Shown here: piece by piece, positions 35,740-44,037 of the stretch
How positions within the stretch are numbered: position 1 is the first letter of the stretch
Layout of the letters: each line of letters opens with the position of its first letter
Source of the DNA: Patescibacteria group bacterium
GTDB lineage: Bacteria > Patescibacteriota > Minisyncoccia > Phycocordibacterales > JBBUBG01
Reading direction: 5' to 3'
Length of the DNA stretch: 51,450 nt
Assembly: GCA_040384765.1 (NCBI GenBank)
Contig: JAZKIQ010000003.1
Span: forward strand, 1-51,450
Notes under the pieces: generated by a model
What the model was told of the DNA's origin: nothing
The model's input: the letters and a program-made list of their open reading frames with translations, nothing else
Databases searched by the model: none
Translations under genes and position numbers: made by a program

Positions 35740-36819
35740 TCAATTAAAATCCAGTAACTCCCTGAAAAACTCCTTCGACTTCCAAAACAAATACTGCATG
35801 GTATAGAAGATTTTCTTCAAAAAACTACTTTCCATTTCTTGAGAAAGTCTTCTGTAAGCTGCCAGGCGAGTCGGAGTAACTAAGTCATTTTTGTAATCAT
35901 TCCAAAACTGATCAGTGTTGCCGTAGAACTCTACGTCCGAATTGTTTATGGAAAGACTATTAACCATAACTGTCAAACTTTCAGATAGTTTCTTATCGTT
36001 AATTTGATGATATGGCTTATAAGTTTTTCCAAAAACAATTGCTTTACGAGGCGAAATCGGGAGAATAAATGAATAGCCATCATCTCTGTTAAAGTCCCAT
36101 AGACTAGTAACTTCTAGTAGATCGTCGTCTCTACCGATAATACACACTGGGGAATCAGATAAAATGAAATAATGATTTTTTGGTGCAACTATTGTGTGAA
36201 GATTTTTTTGGTAAATCTCCTCAACGATGAACTCAGCAACTTGAATGGCTATAAAAAGCTCCTGCCCTCTTGTTTCTTCTAGACTGGACTTCCTAAGAGT
36301 TATGTCATTATCTATTTGCTTTCTGGTAATTTTGTATTTGTTCTTTACGATTATTTCTTGAATTTTTTCTCTGTTGCCGAGATCTTCTATGCTTATTAAA
36401 GCATTCAGCAGAAGGTATGCGATGCATTTATTGATCAACTTCCTGAATTTTCTTGTTCTAGTTAACTGATGAGCAACTAGAGTCGCCAAAATGCTTTCCT
36501 CTTCATATTTAAGGCTTAATATCCCATCTTGCCCTAAAACTTTTTTAACTACAGCAGGAGCGTGCTTCGCTTTTTCTATTTCTTTATAAACCTCATCGGA
36601 GACTTTTGCTGGCTCTTTTGTTTCTGCATGTCTTCCTAGGTAAAAATCAACTTCGTTTCCAGCATGCTTTGCAATGCTTCCTTTTTTGCTATCGAAAGCA
36701 GGTCTTTTATAAATGTACACAAGACCGGACTCCTGACCTGTCTGCTCTATAGCAAAATTTCTAAGTAGAAATTGTGGAACAAAATGATCTTTCTTATTTT
36801 TTACTCCATTATTCGCCAC
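35740..36819 (-). CDS. DUF4238 domain protein (AT-rich)
   Basis: DHFVPQFLLRNF, HQLTRT, FILSDSPV, LPISPR. Confidence 0.8.
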   Translation of the reverse strand: MANNGVKNKKDHFVPQFLLRNFAIEQTGQESGLVYIYKRPAFDSKKGSIAKHAGNEVDFYLGRHAETKEPAKVSDEVYKEIEKAKHAPAVVKKVLGQDGILSLKYEEESILATLVAHQLTRTRKFRKLINKCIAYLLLNALISIEDLGNREKIQEIIVKNKYKITRKQIDNDITLRKSSLEETRGQELFIAIQVAEFIVEEIYQKNLHTIVAPKNHYFILSDSPVCIIGRDDDLLEVTSLWDFNRDDGYSFILPISPRKAIVFGKTYKPYHQINDKKLSESLTVMVNSLSINNSDVEFYGNTDQFWNDYKNDLVTPTRLAAYRRLSQEMESSFLKKIFYTMQYLFWKSKEFFRELLDFN

Positions 36820-36820
36820 A

Positions 36821-37276
36821 TTATAGTGATTTTAGAAATTTTTCTTTAACAAAAACATAGAAAAATGTCCTGCTAATGAGCCAAAATATTACACTAACAA
36901 TAATAAACGATAGCACGTAAAAACCAGCCTTCTCAGATACTGAATATCTTGGTTTAGAAATTTGTGAATATTCTAGATTTTCTGGCACCGCTCCGTAGTC
37001 AAGAGGATTTACTTTTTTCCCGTTAATCACTGGGATTTCATCGGGATTTTGGCAACGCTTAGACAAATCATTTTCATTACTAAACCTATAGAAGTCTAGT
37101 CCGGGGTAAGGATTTTCAAATTCTTTGCCGTTGTCACATTTTACGAAAGAAACTTTTTTACTAGTAACGCTATAAGTTATCCAGAAACCAAATCCTTGGG
37201 CAAGGAAAAATGCGAGTACAAAAAATACTTTTAACGCTCGGTACCAGGCTTTTTGGTTTAAGGTTGATCTGTCCAT
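36821..37276 (-). CDS. Two-TM hypothetical protein (AT-rich)
   Basis: WYRALKV..TM, Cys pair, C-terminal TM. Confidence 0.7.
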   Translation of the reverse strand: MDRSTLNQKAWYRALKVFFVLAFFLAQGFGFWITYSVTSKKVSFVKCDNGKEFENPYPGLDFYRFSNENDLSKRCQNPDEIPVINGKKVNPLDYGAVPENLEYSQISKPRYSVSEKAGFYVLSFIIVSVIFWLISRTFFYVFVKEKFLKSL

Positions 37277-37336
37277 ACTGTTTAACTGATTTTATCAGAA
37301 AATTCCTTATTTTACTTGGGTTCGAATTTGGACATC

Positions 37337-37426
37337 TGGCGGAGAGAAAGGGATTTGAACCCTTGAGGGGATTGCTCCCCAACATCCTTTCCAGGGATGC
37401 GCTTTAGACCGCTCAGCCATCTCTCC
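37337..37426 (-). tRNA. tRNA-Ser(GGA)
   Basis: GGAGAGATGGCTGAGCGG...CATCC-CTGGAAA-GGATG, long variable arm, CCA end. Confidence 0.96.
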
Positions 37427-37503
37427 AATCTCATCACATTACGCGAAGCGGGGCACTGTTTCAATGGCTCGCCAAAATGCCCGTGCTCACTATAATAGCT
37501 CTC

Positions 37504-38526
37504 ATGATAACCCTCGTCGTCGGCGGACAGTATGGAGGAGAGGGCAAAGGGAAGGTTGCCGCATTCCTCGCAAAACGAGATAGGCCCACTATTGTTGCCC
37601 GCACAGGCGGCGTGAACTCAAAGCACACGGTAGTGGAGGGCGGAAACTCTTTCGATCTGAGACAGATACCCTCTGCATGCGCCGTGGGGCATACGTGGAA
37701 AGTAGTATACGGCGCTGGCTCCCTCATACATATCCCAACCTTGTTCAAAGAGATGGAGATGCTCGGCGTCTCACGTTCTCAGATTCTCATCGACGAAAAG
37801 ACAGGCATCCTAGGCGAGGATCAGGTGCGCGATCAACGCGCGGACAAAAGATATGAGCAGATAGGCTCCACACTTACCGGCACGGGGTACGCCACAGCAC
37901 AAAGAGCTCTGAGAAAGCTGCCTCTTGCAAAAGATTTTCCTGAGCTCGCAGAGATGATCGGTGATGTTCCCTCTTTCATTTTTAAAAATCTTAAAGAAAA
38001 GGAGTCGGTTTTAGTAGAAGGACATCAGGGCGCCGGACTCTCTAACTTTCACGGAGATTATCCATACACCTCCAACCGCGACTCGACAGCAGCGGCACTT
38101 CTCTCCGAGCTCGGCGTAGGGCCGCTCACGGAAATGAAGATTGTGCTCGTGCTCAAGGTGTTTCCAACCCGAAACCACAATGGCCACCTTCCAAATGAGA
38201 TGAGCGCTGAGGAGGCTCTGCAGCTCGGCATCGAAGAGTACGGAGGCGGGTCGTGGGGTATCGACAACAAGCGCCGTCGCGTGGGACAGCTTGATATGAA
38301 AGAAGTGCTGAGGGCCGTATACCTTAATACCCCATCAGAGATCGCCCTCACTGGCATGGACTATCTCGACCCCGCTTCAAAAAACTCTAGTTCCGAATCC
38401 ACGCTTTCCGAACAAGCACGAAATCTGATTGCTGAGATTGAAGGCGCGACAGGAGTTAGAGTGACACTTATATCTACCGGTCCCGAAACCGATTCGATGA
38501 TCTCTAGAATTTCATTGACGGCATAG
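37504..38526 (+). CDS. Divergent short adenylosuccinate synthetase (PurA/PurZ superfamily)
   Basis: GGQYGGEGKGK, GGVNSKHT, IGST..GTG, EGHQG..YPY, RRRVG, ISTGP. Confidence 0.85.
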   Translation: MITLVVGGQYGGEGKGKVAAFLAKRDRPTIVARTGGVNSKHTVVEGGNSFDLRQIPSACAVGHTWKVVYGAGSLIHIPTLFKEMEMLGVSRSQILIDEKTGILGEDQVRDQRADKRYEQIGSTLTGTGYATAQRALRKLPLAKDFPELAEMIGDVPSFIFKNLKEKESVLVEGHQGAGLSNFHGDYPYTSNRDSTAAALLSELGVGPLTEMKIVLVLKVFPTRNHNGHLPNEMSAEEALQLGIEEYGGGSWGIDNKRRRVGQLDMKEVLRAVYLNTPSEIALTGMDYLDPASKNSSSESTLSEQARNLIAEIEGATGVRVTLISTGPETDSMISRISLTA

Positions 38527-38593
38527 ACAGAGCAGGTAGGATAGAGCCAGTTTGTAACCGATCGGAAGCAAGCTCGATAAAGAGGAGCGTCGG

Positions 38594-39106
38594 ATGATAA
38601 TCATCAAAGAGTTCGCTATCGCCGAGGTGCGTGCAGTCAACTGTATCAACGCCCCATTCCAGATCATCCTGGAGGGAAACCTCTTGCAGGGGATCGAGGG
38701 ATCCTCCCTCACCCTCGACAACGCAACCTGTGAACGAATGGGGATTCCCAGGTCGGTCGAACTTCTCGAGAAGAAACTCATGGCAACCTTCGTGAGCCGC
38801 GAGCTCCCCAAGGAGCAAAAGAACGAGTTCGCAGTAATGAAGGGCCTCACGAGCGAAGACCTCATGATCTCCAAGCTCGAACATCGCGATGTGACGAGCT
38901 GGAACCCGTACTCTCTCTCGGGAAAATCGACCGAAGAGTTTCGCATACTCAAGATGGAAAGCTTCGGCGCAGAAGGAGGCCGAGGAGCGAGGCTTTCACC
39001 TTGTCCGCTGTACCGGATCTTCCTCGAGCTCGGCGAAGGCGAATACACGGCATGCAAAGCATTGCCAAGGAGGTCGATCTTTAGTGTGAACTTCCAAGTC
39101 ACCTGA
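38594..39106 (+). CDS. Orphan hypothetical protein
   Basis: GAGGAG SD; terminator at 39123-39153. Confidence 0.65.
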   Translation: MIIIKEFAIAEVRAVNCINAPFQIILEGNLLQGIEGSSLTLDNATCERMGIPRSVELLEKKLMATFVSRELPKEQKNEFAVMKGLTSEDLMISKLEHRDVTSWNPYSLSGKSTEEFRILKMESFGAEGGRGARLSPCPLYRIFLELGEGEYTACKALPRRSIFSVNFQVT

Positions 39107-39250
39107 AAAAGAAGCAGGATGCGCGGGCGACACTAGTCGCCCGCCATTTTTTTAATAAAAAAGAAAAACCGCCCAACTACCGAGAGCCAGGCGGCTTTCG
39201 GGATCGGACGGCATGATTGTACACACACAGCTCTGCGAAAGAGCGCGGGC

Positions 39251-39952
39251 TCAGGTCTCCGCGTCGACCTTCGCCTTCTCCGAGGTGCAGGTGGGGCAGA
39301 GGATCTCCTTGTAGCCGGGCTCCTCTTTGGCGCCGCAGCGCAGGCAGAAGTTCTTGACCCACCGATACTTGCCCCCGTACGGGAGACAGGTGAGACAGTG
39401 GTACAGCTTCGTCCACACGCCAGGCGCACACCCCTTATAGCTATCCTTCGAGTGAGCCTTGCCACACGTCAGGCAATGCTTCTTCACCATGTACGCAGTG
39501 AACTCGGCCCTGCGAAGCTTGAGCTCCTCTTGTCGCTTTTGCTCCTCAAACTCTCCTGCGAACAGGAGATCTTCTGGGGTGGGAGGACGGAGAGAGGCGA
39601 GGTTGATCCTCTCGGGATGTTTTTCAGCCCGGGAAGAGGGCGACCACTTGAAACAGAAGAGGATACGCCACTTCTCGAGGTCGACCCACTTCACAATCCG
39701 TTCATCAGGATTTTCTTCGCCTTTATAAAGAACCTTATAACTCCACCCGAGAGCGAGACCTGCTTCGACAAGGCGTTTGACCGCATCCGTGCTGCGCTTG
39801 CGAGCAAGCTCCTTACGCAGCTTCGAATCATCGCGAGCAGCTCCGTAGCGAAGGTCCCGCGCGTCGTTGTCACTAATGCCCTTCGGCACGCTCACCTTCA
39901 TCCGATCGAGCGAATCGTACTGCCAGTCGGCCATCTTGCCTTTGCGTCCCAT
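39251..39952 (-). CDS. Hypothetical protein with C-terminal multi-CxxC Zn-finger region
   Basis: CLTC, CLTC, CLRC, CPTC; GGAGG SD. Confidence 0.7.
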   Translation of the reverse strand: MGRKGKMADWQYDSLDRMKVSVPKGISDNDARDLRYGAARDDSKLRKELARKRSTDAVKRLVEAGLALGWSYKVLYKGEENPDERIVKWVDLEKWRILFCFKWSPSSRAEKHPERINLASLRPPTPEDLLFAGEFEEQKRQEELKLRRAEFTAYMVKKHCLTCGKAHSKDSYKGCAPGVWTKLYHCLTCLPYGGKYRWVKNFCLRCGAKEEPGYKEILCPTCTSEKAKVDAET

Positions 39953-40014
39953 GGTAAACCTCCGCTGTCATAGATCCGTTTTTGGTCTAAAGGATATTAT
40001 AGCACATTTTATGG

Positions 40015-40052
40015 AAAATAGCAAAAGCCCCGCGAGGGGCTTTTGCTATTTT
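40015..40052. terminator. Perfect palindromic terminator
   Basis: AAAATAGCAAAAGCCCC-GCGA-GGGGCTTTTGCTATTTT. Confidence 0.75.
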
Positions 40053-40070
40053 CCCTGCCTTTTTAAAGGG

Positions 40071-40844
40071 CTAGTTTGTCTTCAGCTTCACCTCCACTAC
40101 AAGTGCGTTCGAAGTACCAAGCGAGTTGGCAACATGCAGCTTATACTGCCCTACCGGGATAGTTTCCGAGGCAATCAGCTTGAGCGCCTCATCGCCCTTC
40201 ACAATATAGTCGAGGTTGTACTGCTTTGAGTCAGTCGTAGAGATGAGCCATGCAGCGTTTACCCCTTTGAGAGAGCTCCCGATCGCTATGCCGAAGGAGC
40301 CTGCAACGATCGTATTCACACCCCCATCGAGCTTTGAGAGCACCGGCACTGCCTCCACCTTCTTTTCAGCAATCTTCTCCTCTTTTTTCTCTTCCTTCTT
40401 TACCTCCTTAATCTCTTTTGAAATTGCCGTGGCTGCTTTTGCGCAGAGCGAGTTGAGCTTGCCGCGGGTGAGCGGACCTACGATACCTGTCTGGCGAATG
40501 CCATGCTTGCCTTGAAACTTCACGACAAACGCTGCGAGGTCTTCGTCGTACGATCCATCTGCAGCAACATCGAGGCCGAGCGACTTGAGCGCTTTGCGAA
40601 GTACGATCACATCGTCGCCCTTGCTCCCTGGAGTGAGGTCGCGGTTAAACGAAGGACACACAGGAGCATTTGATTTTTCTGCCTTCAAGCGATCGATCTT
40701 GCCTAAGAGCTCCGCGACCTGACGCTGGAGCGAAGCGATAAGATCGTCGATACCCTTCGGACTACTCGTACTCTCTGCAAATGCTACACCTGCCGGCATA
40801 AGCAAACTAAGAGCCAAAACGCCTGTCAAAAGATATTTTTTCAT
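40071..40844 (-). CDS. Secreted peptidoglycan-binding domain protein
   Basis: Signal peptide; RDLTPGSKGDDV..L...VVKFQ..GI..TGIVGPLTRGKLN. Confidence 0.85.
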   Translation of the reverse strand: MKKYLLTGVLALSLLMPAGVAFAESTSSPKGIDDLIASLQRQVAELLGKIDRLKAEKSNAPVCPSFNRDLTPGSKGDDVIVLRKALKSLGLDVAADGSYDEDLAAFVVKFQGKHGIRQTGIVGPLTRGKLNSLCAKAATAISKEIKEVKKEEKKEEKIAEKKVEAVPVLSKLDGGVNTIVAGSFGIAIGSSLKGVNAAWLISTTDSKQYNLDYIVKGDEALKLIASETIPVGQYKLHVANSLGTSNALVVEVKLKTN

Positions 40845-41229
40845 GGTGTTGTAGAGGCGGGTCGCCCCATGCATCTATTTTACTCCTCTCCTCATTCCAC
40901 GCCAGTGCAAAAAAGGATAGCCATGATTCACACCGAGCCGAACATGCTCTATACTAAAACTATCACTTTCACCCATGCACACTCCCGCATCTATCAAGCT
41001 TGCTCTTAGCGCTGCGTTTATCCTCGGATTGCTCGGCATGATGGCTGACAAAGCTGCACCTCCAAGCTCTCGTGTATACGTACCACAAGTAGCACCAGTT
41101 TCTTGATAATAAGTACTATCTCTTGCCTCCTTACAGGAGCAGTACACCTTTTGGATATATTCTTCGCAAAGCTCGAATCTACCTCAAAAGGTCTTGCGAA
41201 GCTTTGCCCATCTGCTGATGGGTTCCCAT

Positions 41230-41484
41230 TTAAAGCTTCTCACCCCAGCGCCAGCTGGGTTTTTCGCCCTTCCAATAACAAACCGCAAGAAGAAGTGCTG
41301 TCCAGATAATAAAGAATGGTGCTCCGCCAATGAGCGTATCGCTCCCTCTGTGCGAACCTTGGTCAACGAGGATTGAATAGTTGATAGCACCTGCTACATA
41401 AATCGCGAGCACGAGCCACCCTTCCCAGGTCGAAGGCTGCCAACCCCACCCATACCGCTTGGCTTTAAACCAGATCTTATTCAT
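41230..41484 (-). CDS. Small two-TM membrane protein
   Basis: WFKAKRYGWGWQPSTWEGW...KGEKPSWRWG. Confidence 0.8.
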   Translation of the reverse strand: MNKIWFKAKRYGWGWQPSTWEGWLVLAIYVAGAINYSILVDQGSHRGSDTLIGGAPFFIIWTALLLAVCYWKGEKPSWRWGEKL

Positions 41485-41546
41485 ACGAGGAGTATATCCC
41501 TCTGCGAATATAAAAAAAGCGAGCCGGTCCCCCCTAGGACCGGCTC

Positions 41547-42350
41547 TTATGCTTTGCTCAACGATAAATCGCCGAGCGTAGCCCGCCTGCCGAGGCGGTT
41601 TTCATATTCGGTTATGCACAGAAGGGTGAGGGCAAACGTCTCCGGACGCATGCCGAAGCCGTGTTGATGTGCTGGCCGCTTTGCACACACCCAGAAGCGG
41701 TTGCACGCTCCGATCACAAACTTCGTGCTCACACCAAGCACTCGTGCGACATCGGCTGCCCGAGAGATGGTGAACGTCTCGTCCCAGAGGCCGTAGTACA
41801 TGAGCACAGCAGTGGTCTGCTCGGCACTCCATTTTTTCTTCATCGAGAAGAGAATCCGGAGAAATGCATGCACTACTCGCACAAGGGACTCAAGCCGACC
41901 CTTCATGAGAACTATCTCCTCCGGAGTCAGAGCGGCGGAAGGGGTAACATGCTCGAGCACGAACTTGCCGTCTCCTTTCACGAGCGGCTGTTCAAATGCC
42001 AGAAACTTCCTGTTGCTAAACAACCCCTTTCCGCTCGCATCTGGAGCATCTCCACCCCGCCTCACGCGTGCTGCACCTTCGCGAAGAACGCGAAGGATGC
42101 CCCACTCGATACCTCTCCCCAAGAAAGTGCTCCGCTTTTTCGGCGGCGCATCTACCTCGAGCTTCGGCGCACTCTTCATGAGGCCGAGCGTGCCGAAATG
42201 AATCAGGTCCGAGTAGTCGTACCCGATCTCCTTGGCTCGATACCGATACTTGTCTGCAACAGCGCGGATAAGACCCAGGTTTTGGGTTACCACAGGCTGC
42301 CAGTTGCGCAGATCGGGCCCAACCAAAGGGCCCTTACTTTCCGTTATCAT
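41547..42350 (-). CDS. Divergent sigma70-family factor-like protein
   Basis: Region-2-like NLGLIRAVADKY..DLIHFGTLGLMKS; region-4-like AADVARVLGVS. Confidence 0.6.
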   Translation of the reverse strand: MITESKGPLVGPDLRNWQPVVTQNLGLIRAVADKYRYRAKEIGYDYSDLIHFGTLGLMKSAPKLEVDAPPKKRSTFLGRGIEWGILRVLREGAARVRRGGDAPDASGKGLFSNRKFLAFEQPLVKGDGKFVLEHVTPSAALTPEEIVLMKGRLESLVRVVHAFLRILFSMKKKWSAEQTTAVLMYYGLWDETFTISRAADVARVLGVSTKFVIGACNRFWVCAKRPAHQHGFGMRPETFALTLLCITEYENRLGRRATLGDLSLSKA

Positions 42351-42468
42351 ATTTCACCTCCTTTGGTGAATGTCTGACCTGAGAATGCGAGAAGGAGCCT
42401 GAATTGTCAACCAACTTACGAAAGACCCCGCAGAGCTTTGATCCGCTCCTCTACTGGAGGATGCGACA

Positions 42469-42497
42469 CCCCGCACCAAAGAGTACTTGGTACGGGG
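42469..42497. repeat. REP-like palindrome
   Basis: CCCCGCACCAA...TTGGTACGGGG; ends resemble element 30146-30276. Confidence 0.5.
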
Positions 42498-42521
42498 CGA
42501 GACTCATTCCAGAAACGATCG

Positions 42522-43406
42522 CTAACTTTGGCCACGTAGTGCGGCAATACGTTCCTCTATCGGTGGGTGGGACATGAAAAGCGTAGTCCAAGCACGCTTG
42601 CCGGGACCAAAGGGGTTGGCGATAAAAAGATGCGCGGTCGCCGACGAAGGGGTGAGCATCGGGCGCGCGTATTGGCCAATCTTTTCAAGCGCGGAGGCAA
42701 GCCCCTCGGGATAGCGCGTGAGGAGCGCACCCGAAGCATCGGCAAGAAACTCACGTCGACGCGAGATGGCGAGCTGCATGAGCGTGCCAAAAATAGGTGC
42801 CAGGATTGCGAGCAGAATACCGACAACAGTAAGGATGCCGTTCCCTCGATCTCGGTCGCGGCCGCCGCCCCACCAGAGGCTCCGCAAAAACATATCAGCG
42901 AGAATAGAGATGCAGCCTGCAAGAAGCACCGCAACGGTCGATACAAGAATATCTCTGTTGCCGATATGCGAAAGCTCGTGACCGATCACCCCTTCGAGCT
43001 CTGTTTTCGTGAGGATCGAAAGGAGGCCGGTGGTTGCTGCCACGACGGCGTGCTCTTTATCACGCCCTGTGGCAAAGGCGTTTGGCGCAGGGTCCTCGAT
43101 GATATACACCTTTGGCTTTGGGAGGCCCGCAGTGATCGCAAGGTTCTCGACGATCTGATGGAGCTCGCGATACTCGCTTGGATCTGCCGGTACGGCACGC
43201 GAGAGCGCAACAACCAGACGATCAGAAAACCAGTACGAGGCGATGTTCATAGCGAGGCTGAAAAAAATTGCCCCATAGAAGATGGCTGAGTTGTTGTACA
43301 GGTATGAAAAGAACCACCCTATCGCCCCCACGAGCACGAGAAATGCCGCGAAGAGGAGGTAGGTTTTACGAACGTTTTCGTCTTGATGAGTATAGAGGGA
43401 AGCCAT
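42522..43406 (-). CDS. htpX: M48 zinc metalloprotease HtpX
   Basis: PNAFATGR, HELSH, SRRREFLADA, SHPP. Confidence 0.95.
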   Translation of the reverse strand: MASLYTHQDENVRKTYLLFAAFLVLVGAIGWFFSYLYNNSAIFYGAIFFSLAMNIASYWFSDRLVVALSRAVPADPSEYRELHQIVENLAITAGLPKPKVYIIEDPAPNAFATGRDKEHAVVAATTGLLSILTKTELEGVIGHELSHIGNRDILVSTVAVLLAGCISILADMFLRSLWWGGGRDRDRGNGILTVVGILLAILAPIFGTLMQLAISRRREFLADASGALLTRYPEGLASALEKIGQYARPMLTPSSATAHLFIANPFGPGKRAWTTLFMSHPPIEERIAALRGQS

Positions 43407-43478
43407 GGGCTCAGTTTGTAGTTAGTAGTTGGTAGTTACTAGCCAGAAATCCTTCTACTAACAACTAGAAACTATTAA

Positions 43479-44027
43479 CTAAAAACTCACCTTGGGATTT
43501 TCGCGCTCCTTTGAATCTCCGGCGAGTTCGAAATAGGAGAGTGACTTGAAGCCAAACAGCTTTGCAGTGAGATTTGAAGGGAAGCTTTCGATCGCTACGA
43601 TAAGGTCACGTACGTTGGTGTTGTAAAAGCGCCGCGCAGCCTGGATCTTGTTTTCCGTGTCGGCAAGCTCCTCGGCAAGGCGGAGGAAGTTGTCGTTTGC
43701 CTTGAGGTCTGGATACGCTTCGGAGATCGCAAAAAGGCTCTTGAGAGCACCCGAAAGCTGATTCTCCGCTTGCGCATGTTCGCCTACGCTTTTCGCACCC
43801 ATAGCGAGAGCGCGTGCCTTCGTCACATTCTCAAACGCTTCCCTCTCGTGTGTTGCGTACCCCTTTACCGTGCTCACAATATTAGGAATGAGGTCGTAGC
43901 GGCGCTTGAGCTGCACATCGATATCTGCCCACGCCTCTTTTGCACGCGAGGTAAGGGTGATCAGGCGGTTGTACGTACCCGCGAAGTAGATGATAACAAC
44001 AAGAAGTATTATGCCGAAAATGAACAT
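43479..44027 (-). CDS. lemA: LemA family protein
   Basis: WADIDVQLKRRYDLIPN, EAYPDLKAN, ARRFYN. Confidence 0.96.
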   Translation of the reverse strand: MFIFGIILLVVIIYFAGTYNRLITLTSRAKEAWADIDVQLKRRYDLIPNIVSTVKGYATHEREAFENVTKARALAMGAKSVGEHAQAENQLSGALKSLFAISEAYPDLKANDNFLRLAEELADTENKIQAARRFYNTNVRDLIVAIESFPSNLTAKLFGFKSLSYFELAGDSKERENPKVSF

Positions 44028-44037
44028 ATAGGTATGG

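Noticed and set aside
40875-41147. 90-aa ORF
   Set aside because: No convincing start signal or motif; possibly a gene remnant, so it is not called.
43412-43481. TAGT/ACTA-rich short repeats between lemA and htpX
   Set aside because: Short, degenerate low-complexity inverted tract with no further support for function.
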